A stretch of 64,000 nucleotides of DNA from Blepharisma stoltei ATCC 30299 (Eukaryota; Protista; Ciliophora). Under the pieces are notes generated by a model. It made no database searches, was not told where the DNA came from, and saw nothing but the letters and a program-made list of their open reading frames with translations. The DNA is taken from positions 124,001 through 188,000 of the forward strand of contig CBFDEM010000024.1 in NCBI GenBank assembly GCA_965603825.1, given 5' to 3'. Shown here piece by piece: positions 23,684 to 38,428 of this stretch. How positions within the stretch are numbered: position 1 is the first letter of the stretch; the number at the start of each line of letters is the position of its first letter. The position numbers were made by a program, and so were the translations under genes.

Positions 23684-24894
23684 CTAGCTTAAATAAGGTT
23701 CATCATTGTTATTCTTAGCAATCAAACTTCCTAGAATTTTAAGAATTTCCAACATTTGACTTCTGCTAAGCCTTGGATCACACAATGTTTTGTATTTTTT
23801 ATTTAAGCTTTCTTCAGTAATTCCTGCATTACCTCCTACACACTCTGTAACTTCTTCATATGAAGCTTCAAAATGGAATCCTCCCAAGCTCTCACGATTT
23901 TCTCTCAAAATTTTTATACTTTCAATACATTCATTTAGAATTGAGCTGACACTTCTTGTCTTCAGCCCTTGATTTGTTTTATATGTATTCCCATGCATAG
24001 GGTCAATCACCCATATATGTGGAATCCCAGTTCTTTTTACAGCTTGAACCACACTTGGAAACTGCATCCTAATTATATTGTTGCCAAGCCTTGGTATCAA
24101 GATAAGTTTACCATATTCATTTTCATAGTTTAAGAATCTCATGATGCTTTGCAATTCTTCTAAATCAGCGTTTGGGCCGATTTTTATACCTACGGGGTTA
24201 GAAATTTGTGATAAAAACTCTACATGTGCTTGTCCTAATTTTCGGCATCTTTCTCCAATTCATAAAAAATGTGCCGATGTGTCAAAATATTCATTTTCAA
24301 TTGATCTTGTCAAAGCATCTTCATAAGGCAATAACAAAGCCTCATGGCCGGTTCAGAATTTTTGATGGCTATTTCGATGAAAATTTCTTATAAATCCAAT
24401 TGTGTCTAATGACTTTGTATGACCCTCTATCATCCTATATGGATCTGGTTGCCTGAAATTTGGGTCAAATCCATTAATCATGTCTCCTCTATAAGTAGGA
24501 ATTTGAATTCCTCCATGATTCTCATATAAATCGGACCTAGGCTTTGAAAATTGTCCAGCTATTCTTCCGATCATTACAATTTCCTTTTTTGATTTAATCG
24601 AAAAAGCTCTCCTATATTTTTCATATGTGTCGAGCTTTGCTTGTAAAATTGATGGTTTACAGTCTGAAAAAGCTTCTGCGCAGTCTCCTATGATTAAAAT
24701 TAATTTTTTACCGAAATGACAATTTGATAGTTCATTTTTTAAAGCTTGGATTTCTGGATATGATACTATTGGTTGACTATTTGCTAACTGATTTAAATGC
24801 TTACGTGGGAAATAACAGCTTTTAACTCATCGAAATCATATACAGGCTGCTGACTCGCAGGAAGTAAAGACCAATGAGCTATATTGGTGTCCAT
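23684..24894 (-). CDS. Class II DAHP (DAH7P) synthase, short form, 2 exons
   Basis: SQQPVY, GDCAEAF, GRIAGQFSKPRS, YRGDMING, FW(TGA)TGHEALLLPYE, HFLW(TGA)IGER, NPVGIKIGP, DPMHGNT, GGFHFE, VTECVGG, YKTLCDPRL. 17-nt intron 24788-24804. Confidence 0.95.
24788..24804 (-). other. 17-nt intron GTAAGCATTTAAATCAG
   Basis: GT-AG, A at -6; required to restore the DAHP synthase frame. Confidence 0.82.
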
Positions 24895-25458
24895 AATTTT
24901 TATTATTATATTATAATCATAAGACAAATTCATCTTAGATTCTCAAAATATAGCAGCACCATTACTTATTAAGATCCATTTTTAGGCTACAAAATCGGAA
25001 TAAAAAAACTCTTCATTGATAAAAAGAAATTATAAGAAAATTTTTACTTTAATATAAAATCTATAGATACGCCCACATCAAGCATTCCATCTCCTCTCTA
25101 ATTTATTATCAGTTACAAATAAATGGTAGAAATTACAGAGCTTTAACACCTTATTAGTTAAAAATGTCTTGAAAACCTTTAAAGGGAAATCTAATTTATT
25201 TAAATTTTTGTAATTTATCATAATGTTATTATTAATCAATTCAAAACTTTTTAAATTTATTTTTTTGACTTTAATTCTTGATACAGATTTTAATAAATCC
25301 TATTAAAAAAGTGATAAAATTTTGTAATTTTCACATTATTCAAACTAAATCTATACAAAACCTTTAAAATTTATTATTTGAATTTAATTCACTTTAGAGA
25401 TTTAATGAAAACATACTAAATAATTTATGAATTATTATAATTTAATCACATTAAAAAA

Positions 25459-26817
25459 ATGACCAGCATGCAAGATCCCAAATATTTGCGAACCCAAATA
25501 ACAGTTAAGCCTGATCCTAACAAATTAACGCAACAACAGCCAAATCCTTACTTATCCAAAATTTCTAGATCCTCAACATCACTGCTTTCAAAAACTCCTT
25601 TAAATTCCCGATATATTTCTACACAAAATAACCCAATAATCCAGACAAACAGTCAGATCAATAAATCTCTTACAATTCTTCGTCAAAATTCAACATTTCT
25701 AGAGCAGTTTCCTGATGCAGCTCAAAGACGGCAATCAACATTCTTAAAAAAAGATTCTCTTCATCCAAGTGTTAGAAATAGCAATAAATCGCGCACAATA
25801 ATCCAACATTCAAATTCATCATTTTTAGCAGCAATTCCTGACGAGTATAAACGAAAGCAATCAACTATTTTAAAAAAAGACACATTAAAGCCTAATTTGC
25901 GTAACCCTACCAAATCTCGGACAATAATAAAACACTCAGATTCTGTATATTTAGAGCCGATTCCTAATAATCAAAAAAGAAGAACGTCAACTTTAATGAA
26001 AGTTGATACAATGAAAGGAATTAATAATGAAAATCAATATTCTGATAATTTCGATCAGATTTATCAAGCTCTTCATGATAAAATAAATAAGGATCATGAT
26101 GAAATAAATTATCATGAGCTAGTCTCTTGAACTCTTAACGAAATTGCAACCAGGATTCCCTATATTGATTTATTTAAATTATTAAGAGACTGCTTTTTTT
26201 GTATTTCTCTATCCTCTGAGAATAATCCTTTAGTTTTACATCTGAAAGATGAAATCCAAACCTTGGAGTCCGAAGCTCTCAGATTGAAAAATATTAACAT
26301 TACAATAGAAAATAAGCTAAAAGCATTATCTGAAGAAAACGTAAAATACGCGAATCAAGTCGACGAGCTTAACAGAGAAGTAAGAAACTGGAGAATTGTA
26401 AAAGAAAAAGGTCTAGATTTCTCCAAAGGAAGTGTAGAGGCAAAGCTGATTTTAGACGAAAATTCCAAAAAAGGAGAAATTATAAGAGAGCTGAAAGAAG
26501 AAATTCAGGATTTAAAACTAAAAATAGCAAAATTGACTAGTGCGCTCTGCTTGATAGAGCAACAAGGAGGCTTAACTACAAAATTTTTACAAGATCTGAA
26601 GGAACAAGTTAAACTAGATGCAAATGGACGAAGACAGTCGGCGATATTTGCTCCATCTGCATTGATGTCTACTGGGCTGATAATAGAGGAAAGCAAAGAA
26701 CTGGATTGTTTGAGGAATATTGACATGATTTTATCTGATGATATGTTTTTACAAAAAAGAGTAAGCCCTGTTCCTGCATTAAAATTAAGTGAATTAAAAC
26801 AGGAAAATGAGGAATAA
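25459..26817 (+). CDS. Hypothetical protein: 42-aa basic repeats plus coiled coil
   Basis: Two ORFs in one frame through TGA 26128-26130; heptad-rich C-terminal half. Confidence 0.75.
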
Positions 26818-26991
26818 TTTGTTATTTCCTATGAAATAAAATGTATAATAAAATCGAATACAAAATCTTCCTTTCTTAAAGAAAGCGATAAATTCCTCAT
26901 ACCTTTTTAAAATTCCATATAAATAAAAATATATTATAAATATTTTAGCTTTGATTATTTATGATTAAATTCTGAATATTATTCAGTTGAT

Positions 26992-27495
26992 TTATTTTCC
27001 AATCCTAAATCTTTTAAAAGAGACTGCTCCTCCTCTTTCTTCTAGCGTTACCGTCTCTGGATGATTTATCAGTTTTTCTCAGTAATCAACGACTCCTTCC
27101 CTCAGCCTCATAACATCACCTCTTCCATCCATCGAAGCAACTGACCCATCCTTATTTAAAACTACTAATAAAGGAATCCCAGTGACTTGAAATTTTCTGC
27201 ATAAATATTCAATTCTTTTTTTGTCTGAAAACGGCAATGCCATAAATGGGCAGCTTTCTAAGTACTCAAGCATTTCTTCTTGGTCTCTGTCCAGGCTCAC
27301 AAAAATTACTTCAAGCCTTCTTTTTTCTTCATTATTTACAGCATTAAAAACTTGGCTATATTTAGGTGTAAATGATTTACAAGGTGGACACCAATGGGCA
27401 GAAAAATAAAGCGTGATAACAGCATCTTTGCTGAGGTCTTGAAATGTTTTTTCTGAGTCTCTAGTAATAAATTTGTTTCCAAGTAATTTATCCAT
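26992..27495 (-). CDS. Nucleoredoxin/tryparedoxin-like thioredoxin
   Basis: LYFSAHWCPPCKSFTP, EVIFVSLD, VTGIP. TGA 27079-27081 read as Trp, stop TAA 26992-26994. Confidence 0.9.
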
Positions 27496-27602
27496 TTATA
27501 ACTGCAATGTTTATAAAAAACATCAGTTTATGCCTAAGGCAATTTAATTGAGATATAAATGTGTGCTTTTTATGAGAAAAGGCTTTTTATTAAGATTTAA
27601 AT

Positions 27603-29354
27603 ATGAAGCTTTCTTTTCAGCCAGATGACCCATACTCTACATATAGAGAATTTGAAATTGTTAGGGAAAAAGAAGAATTATTTGGAAAACCTGCTAGAAA
27701 GCCTCAGGATCCTTCGATAAAATCTTTATTGGCATTTGAAGAAGAGTTACCGTCTTTTAAGGAAGCTGAAAAGCAAAAATGACTCAGTGAGGCAAGAGAC
27801 GCATATCGCGGCTATTTTTATAGCACATCTGACAGTAATTATTATAGGCTGAAAGTAGAATCTCCAAGCCCTTATATAAAAAATCCAAGTATTGAACAAA
27901 AATCAGAGGAAAATCATATAGAAATTAATGATAGAGTAGAGAAGCCAATAGAAGTCCAAAAAGTAAATAATCCAGAAACAAAAATAGAGATGAAGTCTAT
28001 TAAGAAAAAAGAAGAAGAAAAGGAGAAGCCAAACACGAAAATAAATAAACCGAAACCTTCACAGCAACAAATAAAAAAAGAAAACCCAAGGCCTTTAAGC
28101 TCATCAAAATCTGTAAGTGCTATCCAAAAACCTTCAGAAAAATCCAAAAATGATGATGGGAGAATCGAAAGACAAGAGGCAAGAATTAAAAAACTAAACC
28201 AAACGACACGTTGGCTGCCTAATTCTGCTTTTACTACTTATTTTGGGAAGCCTGCTTTTGCGAACTATGGTCAAGGAAATGTAAACCCTGTAAGAGGAGG
28301 CTATTTATACGGCGACTATATGAAGAGTCATAATATTGCCCCTCATGAAGGAAAAAATGATCCAGAATATGCCCAAGTTTATAAAAACGCTGAGACTCAT
28401 GGGCTACAACAAAAGCCAAGATCCCCTGAGCCTCCAAGGAAATGTAAAGACGAAGATAGATTATCACCTGACCAAGTAGAAGAATTAAAGAGAAGATCCC
28501 AAATCATTGCAGAAAAAAAATCTACACCATCGAAGAAAATAATTAAGCCAAATTTATATGAAGTTAAGACATTTAAAAGTGTCCATAGCACTCCTAATAC
28601 TTCATTTGAAGGAGAAGCTGAAGAAGAGGAAGACTTAGAGAAAAATAATCAAAAAAATCAAAAACTCAAAAACAATTTTGTAAAAAATGAGACTGCTAAT
28701 ACTGATAGATGTTTGACCAAAACTGAGAAAAAATCAGTAAAGACTCTAACGAAGAATCATACACAAAGCAAGCAGGCAACAGCAGTGAATCAGTCAAGTG
28801 AAGTTCCAGAAATAAATTATGATGAAAATAGGCAGAATCTGCTATTACCTGCTCCAAAGCAGCCACCGACTCAGCAGTCCCCATCATTTCGCTCTCAAGA
28901 AAGTCTAGTGCCACAAGTCCAAATCTCCAACACTCAGCAGCCTATTCAACTCAAAATAACCCCAGATCAAACTGCTACCGGCAATATAAGCCCTTCTCCA
29001 GGCCTCAAATCCGAACCTCCAAGCCTAGCAGAGCCCAATCAGCAATTCCCTAACCCCAATTTCTTTACTACAACCTACAAAGAAATGGCTTCAAAAATTC
29101 ATTACTCTCCAAAATTCACCTCAGTTTTACCCCTTTCTCTCTGTGAAAAATGCCATGAGCCTATTACTTCAGAATTAGAAATTAAGCCAGAAGATTTGTG
29201 CCCACCTAACTCTTTATCTGATATGCCATTTAAAGAGCTAAATCCAAAGAATTATAAACAACTTCCTGCCACGTTTACTAAAAGGATTCCAGCAGCTGGA
29301 AAACTGAGCTATAAATCTCTCTCAGCTTATAGCGTTATCTTTCCAGAATATTAA
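27603..29354 (+). CDS. Hypothetical low-complexity protein (583 aa)
   Basis: ORF 27990-29354 extends upstream through one TGA to ATG 27603. No family recognised. Confidence 0.72.
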
Positions 29355-29385
29355 GTTAAATTAATTATTAAAAAATGACAGAGAG

Positions 29386-30345
29386 CTAATGAGGATTAAT
29401 TCAAGGTCTTGACGTCACATAAGGATAAGCTATTTCAGAGGAGTACTGATATTGCGATAATTGGTTTTGATAGCTAGAATAGTCCTGTGGGAAATCAAAT
29501 GGATTTTTAGATGTTTTGTGAGTATGGGCTTCTTCATAAGGAAAGTTCTGACTTTTTTCAAAGATACTATGCTCAGATGTAGAGTTGTATTTTTGTGACT
29601 CTGTGAAGCTTTGAGATTCTTGGATACGAGGATAAATAGAATTGGACTCAAAAGGATTGGAACTCATTGAAAATGTACCAAGTTGCATTTCTGAAGTGGG
29701 ATTTGTAAATAAATCTGAGGGCATGAAAGAAATTGTCGTAGAAGGTGTATTCATTATATCAAGAGGCTCATTTTCTTTAGGCTGCTCTAATGTTTTGTGA
29801 CTTGAATGGTCAATTATTTTGCTGGGATTCGTCGATGTTTGAAATTCATTGGATGGCTGCTTTTTTGATTTTTTAATTCCTGATAAATTTGTTTTCCATT
29901 TATTTTTTTCATGCCTATTGCTATGCTCTTCATCATATAGGTATGCCATATTTTTAATAGATAAAGCATCGTACTTATCAAATAAATCAGAATTAGAAAA
30001 ATCATTATCTCGAGTTGATTTATATTTGATTTTTCTCATGGTCTCATCGAACGACAAATTATCGCATCTTAAATCATAAACATTTGCTTCTTTTTCATAA
30101 ACAATAATTGAATGCTTTCCAATTTTCAAAGGATAGGTTGCATAAGCGCCTAGCTTTCTTGCATCAATTTTAATATCTCCGTTTATAAGTATTTTTCTTT
30201 TACCTGTGAACTTGCTTATATACAAATCAACTATATTTTCTTTCCCGTCAAGTTCAAATTTTCATATATACCGCTTCTTAGACCCTTTGATGTGCCTTCC
30301 TACATTGATGCTATCAAACACCAATGGGGAAAAATTCGTTGCCAT
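29386..30345 (-). CDS. Hypothetical protein with N-terminal beta domain (FAIM-like) and disordered tail
   Basis: ATG 30345; KKRYIW(TGA)KFELDGKENIVDLYISKFTGKRKILINGD; NPF motifs in the tail; ends at TAG 29386-29388. Confidence 0.72.
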
Positions 30346-30797
30346 ATTATTAATGGCTAAGAAAATAAAGAGCTTAAGAAATATGATAATTAAAGTGATT
30401 TATTCATTAATAAAACTTTTTAATTAATTATTTTTCAAATAAATAATCATTTTTTATTTATAATTCCCTAACAGTCATAATTTTCAAAATTTAATTATAT
30501 AAATATCCTAGACCAGATTTGTATATACAAAATTCCAAAAATTCTTAATTAAATATCTTTTTTATTCAAATTAAAAAATCTGACAGGCTATTTAAGATTA
30601 TAACTAAAAACTCTAAATGCAGCCAATTATTTGCATTCCTAAATTGTCTTATATCCATGAAATTTCAAATATCCTTTACCTGATCTCGCCATTTTTAGCA
30701 CAATTCCTTTAAAATTCAAATTTTAATTTCCGGTATAAAATCCTCATAGAGATATCCAATATGTCTATTAAAATAAATAAATTATAAATAGACTCTT

Positions 30798-31118
30798 ATG
30801 CCTCCAGTTAGTGAAAACGCAAGACTCAGTACGATTTCTGAAGTTTCCGAATATAGTGAATCCAACGAATTATTTCCTCCAGCACATTCCTTTAGCTTCA
30901 TTAAATACCAAAGGGAAGCTAAAAGCTGTGCTTCTATCGTGGAATGAGAAGAATATAGCGATGGAAGCACAACATGCAGTTCAAAGCTTGACTTAATAAA
31001 AGACACATTAATGAGCAACAAATTCAATGACGAATTTTTAGGGTGTACATTTGATATGCTAAAATCATCATTAATATTACAAGATAATGAATGTAGATGC
31101 AACTGTACGCTATTTTAA
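30798..31118 (+). CDS. Small protein with C-terminal CaaX box (CRCNCTLF), absent from ORF track
   Basis: ATG 30798 to TAA 31116-31118, 106 aa, one TGA=Trp. Confidence 0.6.
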
Positions 31119-31312
31119 CAAATTGTTCGAGTGTATATTTTTAAATTAAATAACTTCAACAATTAAAAATTGCTCTTTAAGTCCTCAATAATAATGGTTA
31201 AAGAAGTCATGATTAGTCCATTCTTATAATAAACTTATTTGTAGGATGGCGTAGATAGATTACTTTATAACAAAAAATGCTATAAGGCTTTAAGTGTTTT
31301 ACATAAATTAAA

Positions 31313-33304
31313 TTATGATGGTTTTTGTCCTTGTTTTGAAGAGATCTTTTTAAGATAATCAATCCAATCGAGCCTCCCTTTTTCTAACGCTAAGACTATT
31401 GCAGACTTTCCTTCATAGGTGGCTTCATAATCTATTCCGTTTTCTACTAAAAATTGAAAGAGGACTTTATCTGCAGGGTTTGAAGCTAAAATTTTTACTA
31501 AATTCAACCGATTAATATTAGACCCATAATCAAGGTATTTTTTAGCTAGTTTCAAATCATTTAATGCAAAGAATAAAGGGATAGTATCTCCTAAGCTTGG
31601 ATCTGCAAAAGTTGAGTCATTGAGAGCGCTGGCAATAATTTCAAATTCTGGCTCAGATCGATGAGCCATTAATAAATCAAAAATTTCAGACCCTTGATTT
31701 TGTGCGATCCTGTGGAACATATTTTTACCGTTTTGTCTGTACTTTCAATCAATATTTAACTCAGGCCATCCCAATATTATTCTACACATATTTATATTAT
31801 TTGCTGATATCGCTACTTGTAGAGCGCTTGGAGATGTTTCTGACCCATTAATCAACGCTCCAGCTGTCCTTAAAAATTTTACAATATTCGTATGTTTTGT
31901 ACTAATTGCAATATATAATGGTCTACACGTAGGTGGATCCACCAAAGCTCCACCTTCAACCAAAGCTTGTGCTGCTGAAACATTATCATATTTTTCACAT
32001 AAAACGTATAAAGGTGTATGACCTTTTTCATTTATTCTATTAGGGTCAGCTCCTGCCTTCACCAAAATTTTCAGCACATTTGCATCATTTATTGCTGCAA
32101 AAATAGGAGTCGGCATAACAGGGCTTCCTATCTCAATATTTGGATTGGCAGAAGCTTCTAATAAAAGCCTTAAGCATTCGCAATAATCACAGTCCCCATC
32201 TTCTGATTTATTTCCATAAGTAAGGCCTTCTATAGTCAAATTCGAGTTATGAAACTTAATATTGGCACATATCAAAATTGGTGGGGCGCCCATATCAATG
32301 CTTTTAGTGCAATTTCCGATTTTTGACTGAAAAGTCCCACTTAGGTGTGGAGAACTTCCATAGTCTAATAATATTTTCAGAATTTTATGAAGCCCTCTTG
32401 CACACGCTAGTTGAAGCGGGCTTATTTTTCTAGTGAATTTGTTGCCGAGCTCGAAGCCTTCGTGGGAGTACCCTCGATCCATTTCAGATTTAGGGATTCT
32501 TTCAACAAGAGTTTTTACCATTGGTAGATAGCAGGTACTCACAGCTACCGCTAGTAGGCTTACTCTTTCTGCACCATGAATTCAGTCAGATCTTGGGTCT
32601 TCTAAAAAGGTAATAGAATGAGGCATGCTTAATAAGCTTTGTAGCTCTGATATATTGCAATTTTTTACAGAATTTCAGATGCTTTCTTTATAACTATCAA
32701 AATCATTTGGGTCTGGATCAATTGGGGTAGGAATTCTTGAATGTGTCAAAAATTCAAGGTTTTGTTTGGCTTTTGGAGGCACAAAAGTAGCAGATTCTCT
32801 TGGTATATACTCTGGCGGCAATTTTTCGTTCGGCTCTTCTGAAATGGGAGGGAGAAACATCCCTTTTACACTATTTGCTGGCAAAAAAGTATCCAGAGAG
32901 TTCACTTTTACAGGATCATTCGGAACTGCTGATAAATTGCTTTGTGTTTCTCTTTTAAAATCGCTACTAACCCGATTTGCATCATTTGGAGATAAAAATC
33001 CAGGAGTGTGTCCTGAGTCAAAGCTATCATAAATCACAAGTTCAGGCTTTGTTTTAGTATTCTGGCATTCAGTAATAGTATCCATTCTTCAATTTTTCCC
33101 AAAACTCTTAAATTTGTTGATCACATTTGGGTGGGCAGTTTGTTCATGAAAAATTTTACAAACAGATGAAATCTTCAATAAATCTTCAAATTCTAAAAAA
33201 TCAAAAATTTGGTACCAATATTCGAAACGATTTAAACTTTTTGGATTGGGGACTCTTGTGTCTTTGATATTTAATTGGTTTCTTTTACATGGAGCACAGC
33301 CCAT
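31313..33304 (-). CDS. N-acylated F-box + ankyrin-repeat protein
   Basis: Four ORFs in one frame via TGA (663 aa). MGCAPC start; F-box-like WYQIFDFLEFEDLLKISSVCK; SPLQLAC and GHTPLYVLC ankyrin repeats. Confidence 0.85.
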
Positions 33305-33317
33305 ATTTTAATAAATT

Positions 33318-36159
33318 ATGTACAGCACAGAAGAAGTTGCCCAGCATATGCAAACTCTTCTGAGCAGTGCTAATGAAAATGAAAGGAACGCTTCTCATCA
33401 GTTTTTATTAAATTTCCAAGCAGCACCTGAAGCTTGAGGAATCTGCAGGGAGCTCATGGCTCCGAATATTCCTTATATCCCACTATTTGTCTCTGCGCAA
33501 ATTTTTTACAAAAAAGTGCAAACAGAGTGGCATTTATTAGACACAATACAAAAACAAGAGCTAAAAAATTACTTACTTGACTTAGTTCAATTAAACTTCA
33601 ACTGTCCTCAAGCTTTTAAAAAGCTTTGCCAATCTTTAGCCCTTGTAGGAATTCTTTCAATGAACTTATTTTGGGATACTTTTATAGTAGACATCCTCAA
33701 GCTTAGAAAGCTTGAAGTTGTCCTCGAAGTAATTGACTGTATTCCATTCTGTTTAGAAGAATTCAACCTTGCCAAGAAAACAGCGGAATTCATCAAAACC
33801 AAAGTAAGAGAGCAAGTCCAGGATATTTTAGAATTTTTATATATTGTATTGTGTGAGAAAGGGTATTTAATCCAAATTCTTGAAGTCCTTAAAAATTGGA
33901 GAACCATAACTCTACCCATATTTAAACATCCAGAATTTTTCAAAAGGCTAGTTAACGCTATGAGTGACGTCGAAGATGAGAATTTTACTAACCTTTGTGA
34001 GACTTTTTGCAATGCTTTAAACTGCTCAGAGTCTGCAATGTTGCTACAAAAAAATAAGTATACAGGGAATACCCAGGATTTTTTAAAAAAAATCCCACAA
34101 GAGGAATTAAAAAGTTTGGTGGAACTTATAGAGGTTGTTTTGACAATTAAGCCGAAGTTTATGAATCATGAAGAATCGACAGTGAGAAGAAGAGGCTGTG
34201 ACTTAATTTTAGCAATTTGTACAGATTTTATGTTTATGCTGATAGACTCACCGTATACTGAAGCTTTATGGGTTTCTTTAGCTGAGATTACGAGCCATAG
34301 CGATTTATCTATTTGTATGACAGGGATTGAGTTCTATTACGAGCTGAAAGAAATTTTTATTAAAAAGGTAGATGATTTACAAAATAGGCCTTATATTTTC
34401 CAATATCTCTTAAAATGTGCAGAGTCCTTAGCATTACGCTGCCGCTTTCTTTCTCAAGACCATTTTCTCCATGCAGTTGCTGAAAAGGTTGAAGAAGTCC
34501 CATTTTTAGATTTCAGGATTTCAGCTGAAGACGTATTTTATTCCATTTTCATGATATTCGAGAAGCATCACGAAAATAAAGGTAGAGGATTTTTATTACC
34601 ATTAGGCTCATTATTGCACCCTCCTATAGCAGAAAATAATGCTGAAGTCTTTGTTTTTATAATGAGAAGCTTGCTATTAGGATTAACCGAGACTGAAAAT
34701 TTCAAAACTCTTGAAGAGGTAAGTGATTCTATATAGGATTTTAGGAATTGTCCTGAGGTTGCCAGCTGAGCCACTTATAGTAAAATCTGTTATTTTTCTA
34801 ATCAGCGACATAGGTAGCCATTTTAAAGAGATCGAAAAGTCATTCCCAGCCGCTTTAGAATACTTAATGACAAAAGGTATAAATGATGGCCTAAATTCTC
34901 CATTTTTCATTGATTCCAATGCAGTTGAGTGCTTTTCAAATACTTCAGCTGAGTGCTATGATTTATTTACCAGAGAATTAATTTTACCAACATTGCAGAT
35001 CTGCGACAATATTTTACCAAAAATTAAATCAAATTTAGTGGATAAGCTTATTGAAGCTTTATTAAATATCATCAATAAATTGCCAAAAGAGGAAATGGGA
35101 GCTGCTATAAAAAGAGTCCTTTCTTATGTAGACAATGAATTAAAAAACTTGAATATTGATGATACTGCAGAATCTAGACAAAAATACTCAAAATGTGTTA
35201 TTATTTGGGCGTCTGCATTGAATTCGTTGAGCTCAATAGACAGTGGATTTTTAAACGAAGTTTTAGGAGAAATGGTAACCCAAGCTTTAGATATTATTTG
35301 TAGAGGACTTCTGTTATATAGAAGCCAAGATGGTGTAATTGTAGCTGTATCATTATTTTTCAAAAGAATTATTAAAGCCTTCACATGTTTCAGTGACCCT
35401 TATTTCCCAATCATAGCAAATTGTATTTTACAGTGCTATTCCCCAGGTCATGAAGACTGTCTTGGTGTGATTTCTAATGCAATTTCGATAATAGGAAATG
35501 AAGCAAATACTCGTGCATGGCTAGAACAAAATTACATAAACTTGTTTGGACTGCTTATAAGTTATTTGGAAGCCAAGCCAGAGCCTGGGATCATCGTAGG
35601 GCTTTTTGAAATCCAAACAAAACTATATGAAAGTGGAAATCCTGCTTTAAACAATATTCAAGTGGTTAATAAAACTTTAGAGACTGTCTGCAGACTTTTA
35701 CCTATCATGACTGACAGAAATCCTTGTAAGGCTGTGCTACAATTTACACAACTTTTATTTCAGCAGGAAGGTGAAGAATGGAAACAAATTTTGTTTCCAT
35801 ATGCAAGACTTATGACCAAAGCAATTTTATTTGGACTTGGAAATATAAACTCCAACACTTTTCTAATTTTAGCTCTACTGGTAGACGCATTGAAGGGAAA
35901 ATATTTCCAGGAGTATTATAATGGGGTAGTCGAAGGATTGCAGTCTCCTCTATATGCGAACTTCAGTGAAAAAGAAAAAGAAAGGCTTTTATACTGCTTT
36001 TTAAATGCAGAATCCTCACCCGCCATCATGATGATCAAGCAGTTTTTCTTCAACCTTGCCAATATCTTGAAAGGAGTTGGGACCTTTGAAAGCGTCATAA
36101 TGACAGAAATTGCTATAGCATCCAGTAAAAGAGCCGCAAAAGTAATAGATATTGCTTAG
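33318..36159 (+). CDS. Karyopherin-beta family protein (transportin-3/importin-13-like), 2 exons; intron boundaries near 34719-34744 ambiguous
   Basis: FLLNFQAAPEAW(TGA), SAQIFYKKV, KKLCQSLA, DFRISAEDVF; HEAT-like helical repeats; ~940 aa. Confidence 0.82.
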
Positions 36160-36174
36160 TTTAATTTCTTATAA

Positions 36175-37956
<1,782 letters not shown>

Positions 37957-38428
37957 CAAAAGTAACTATTTCAAATTAAGCTAGTACCATTAGGATGACT
38001 AAAACCAACTAATAATATTTTTATTTAAAATAATTTCTTTTAAAAATCACTACTTTTTTTGTTGTAATTCTCTATATAACTATTTTCTATAAATTTATTT
38101 TTATTTAATATGAGATGCATAATAATATTGCTATTCTGCTTTCCGTGGCTTAAAATTATAATCATTTTTATTCAATCCCAAAATAACGTTCTCTCAAACA
38201 TTTATTTTAAATATATTTAGGAAAATATTACTTTAGTATTCTCGAATTTACTAAAAAGATATTATCTATTTTAATGTTGCATTGCAAAAAAGTCTTTCTT
38301 GAAAACCTTTTAATTTATATAGAAAATAATAAAGTTAACCTTCTGGAATGTGTGCAGTTAGCTAAAGATTCTATTTCCCTTTTAAAAATTTAATTTTATA
38401 GAGATTGTTAGATTATAAGTTTATTTCT

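Noticed and set aside
30466-30473. CCCTAACA heterotrich telomere-like octamer (reverse copy at 27659-27666)
   Set aside because: Isolated single copies; about one is expected by chance in 64 kb, and there is no tandem array.
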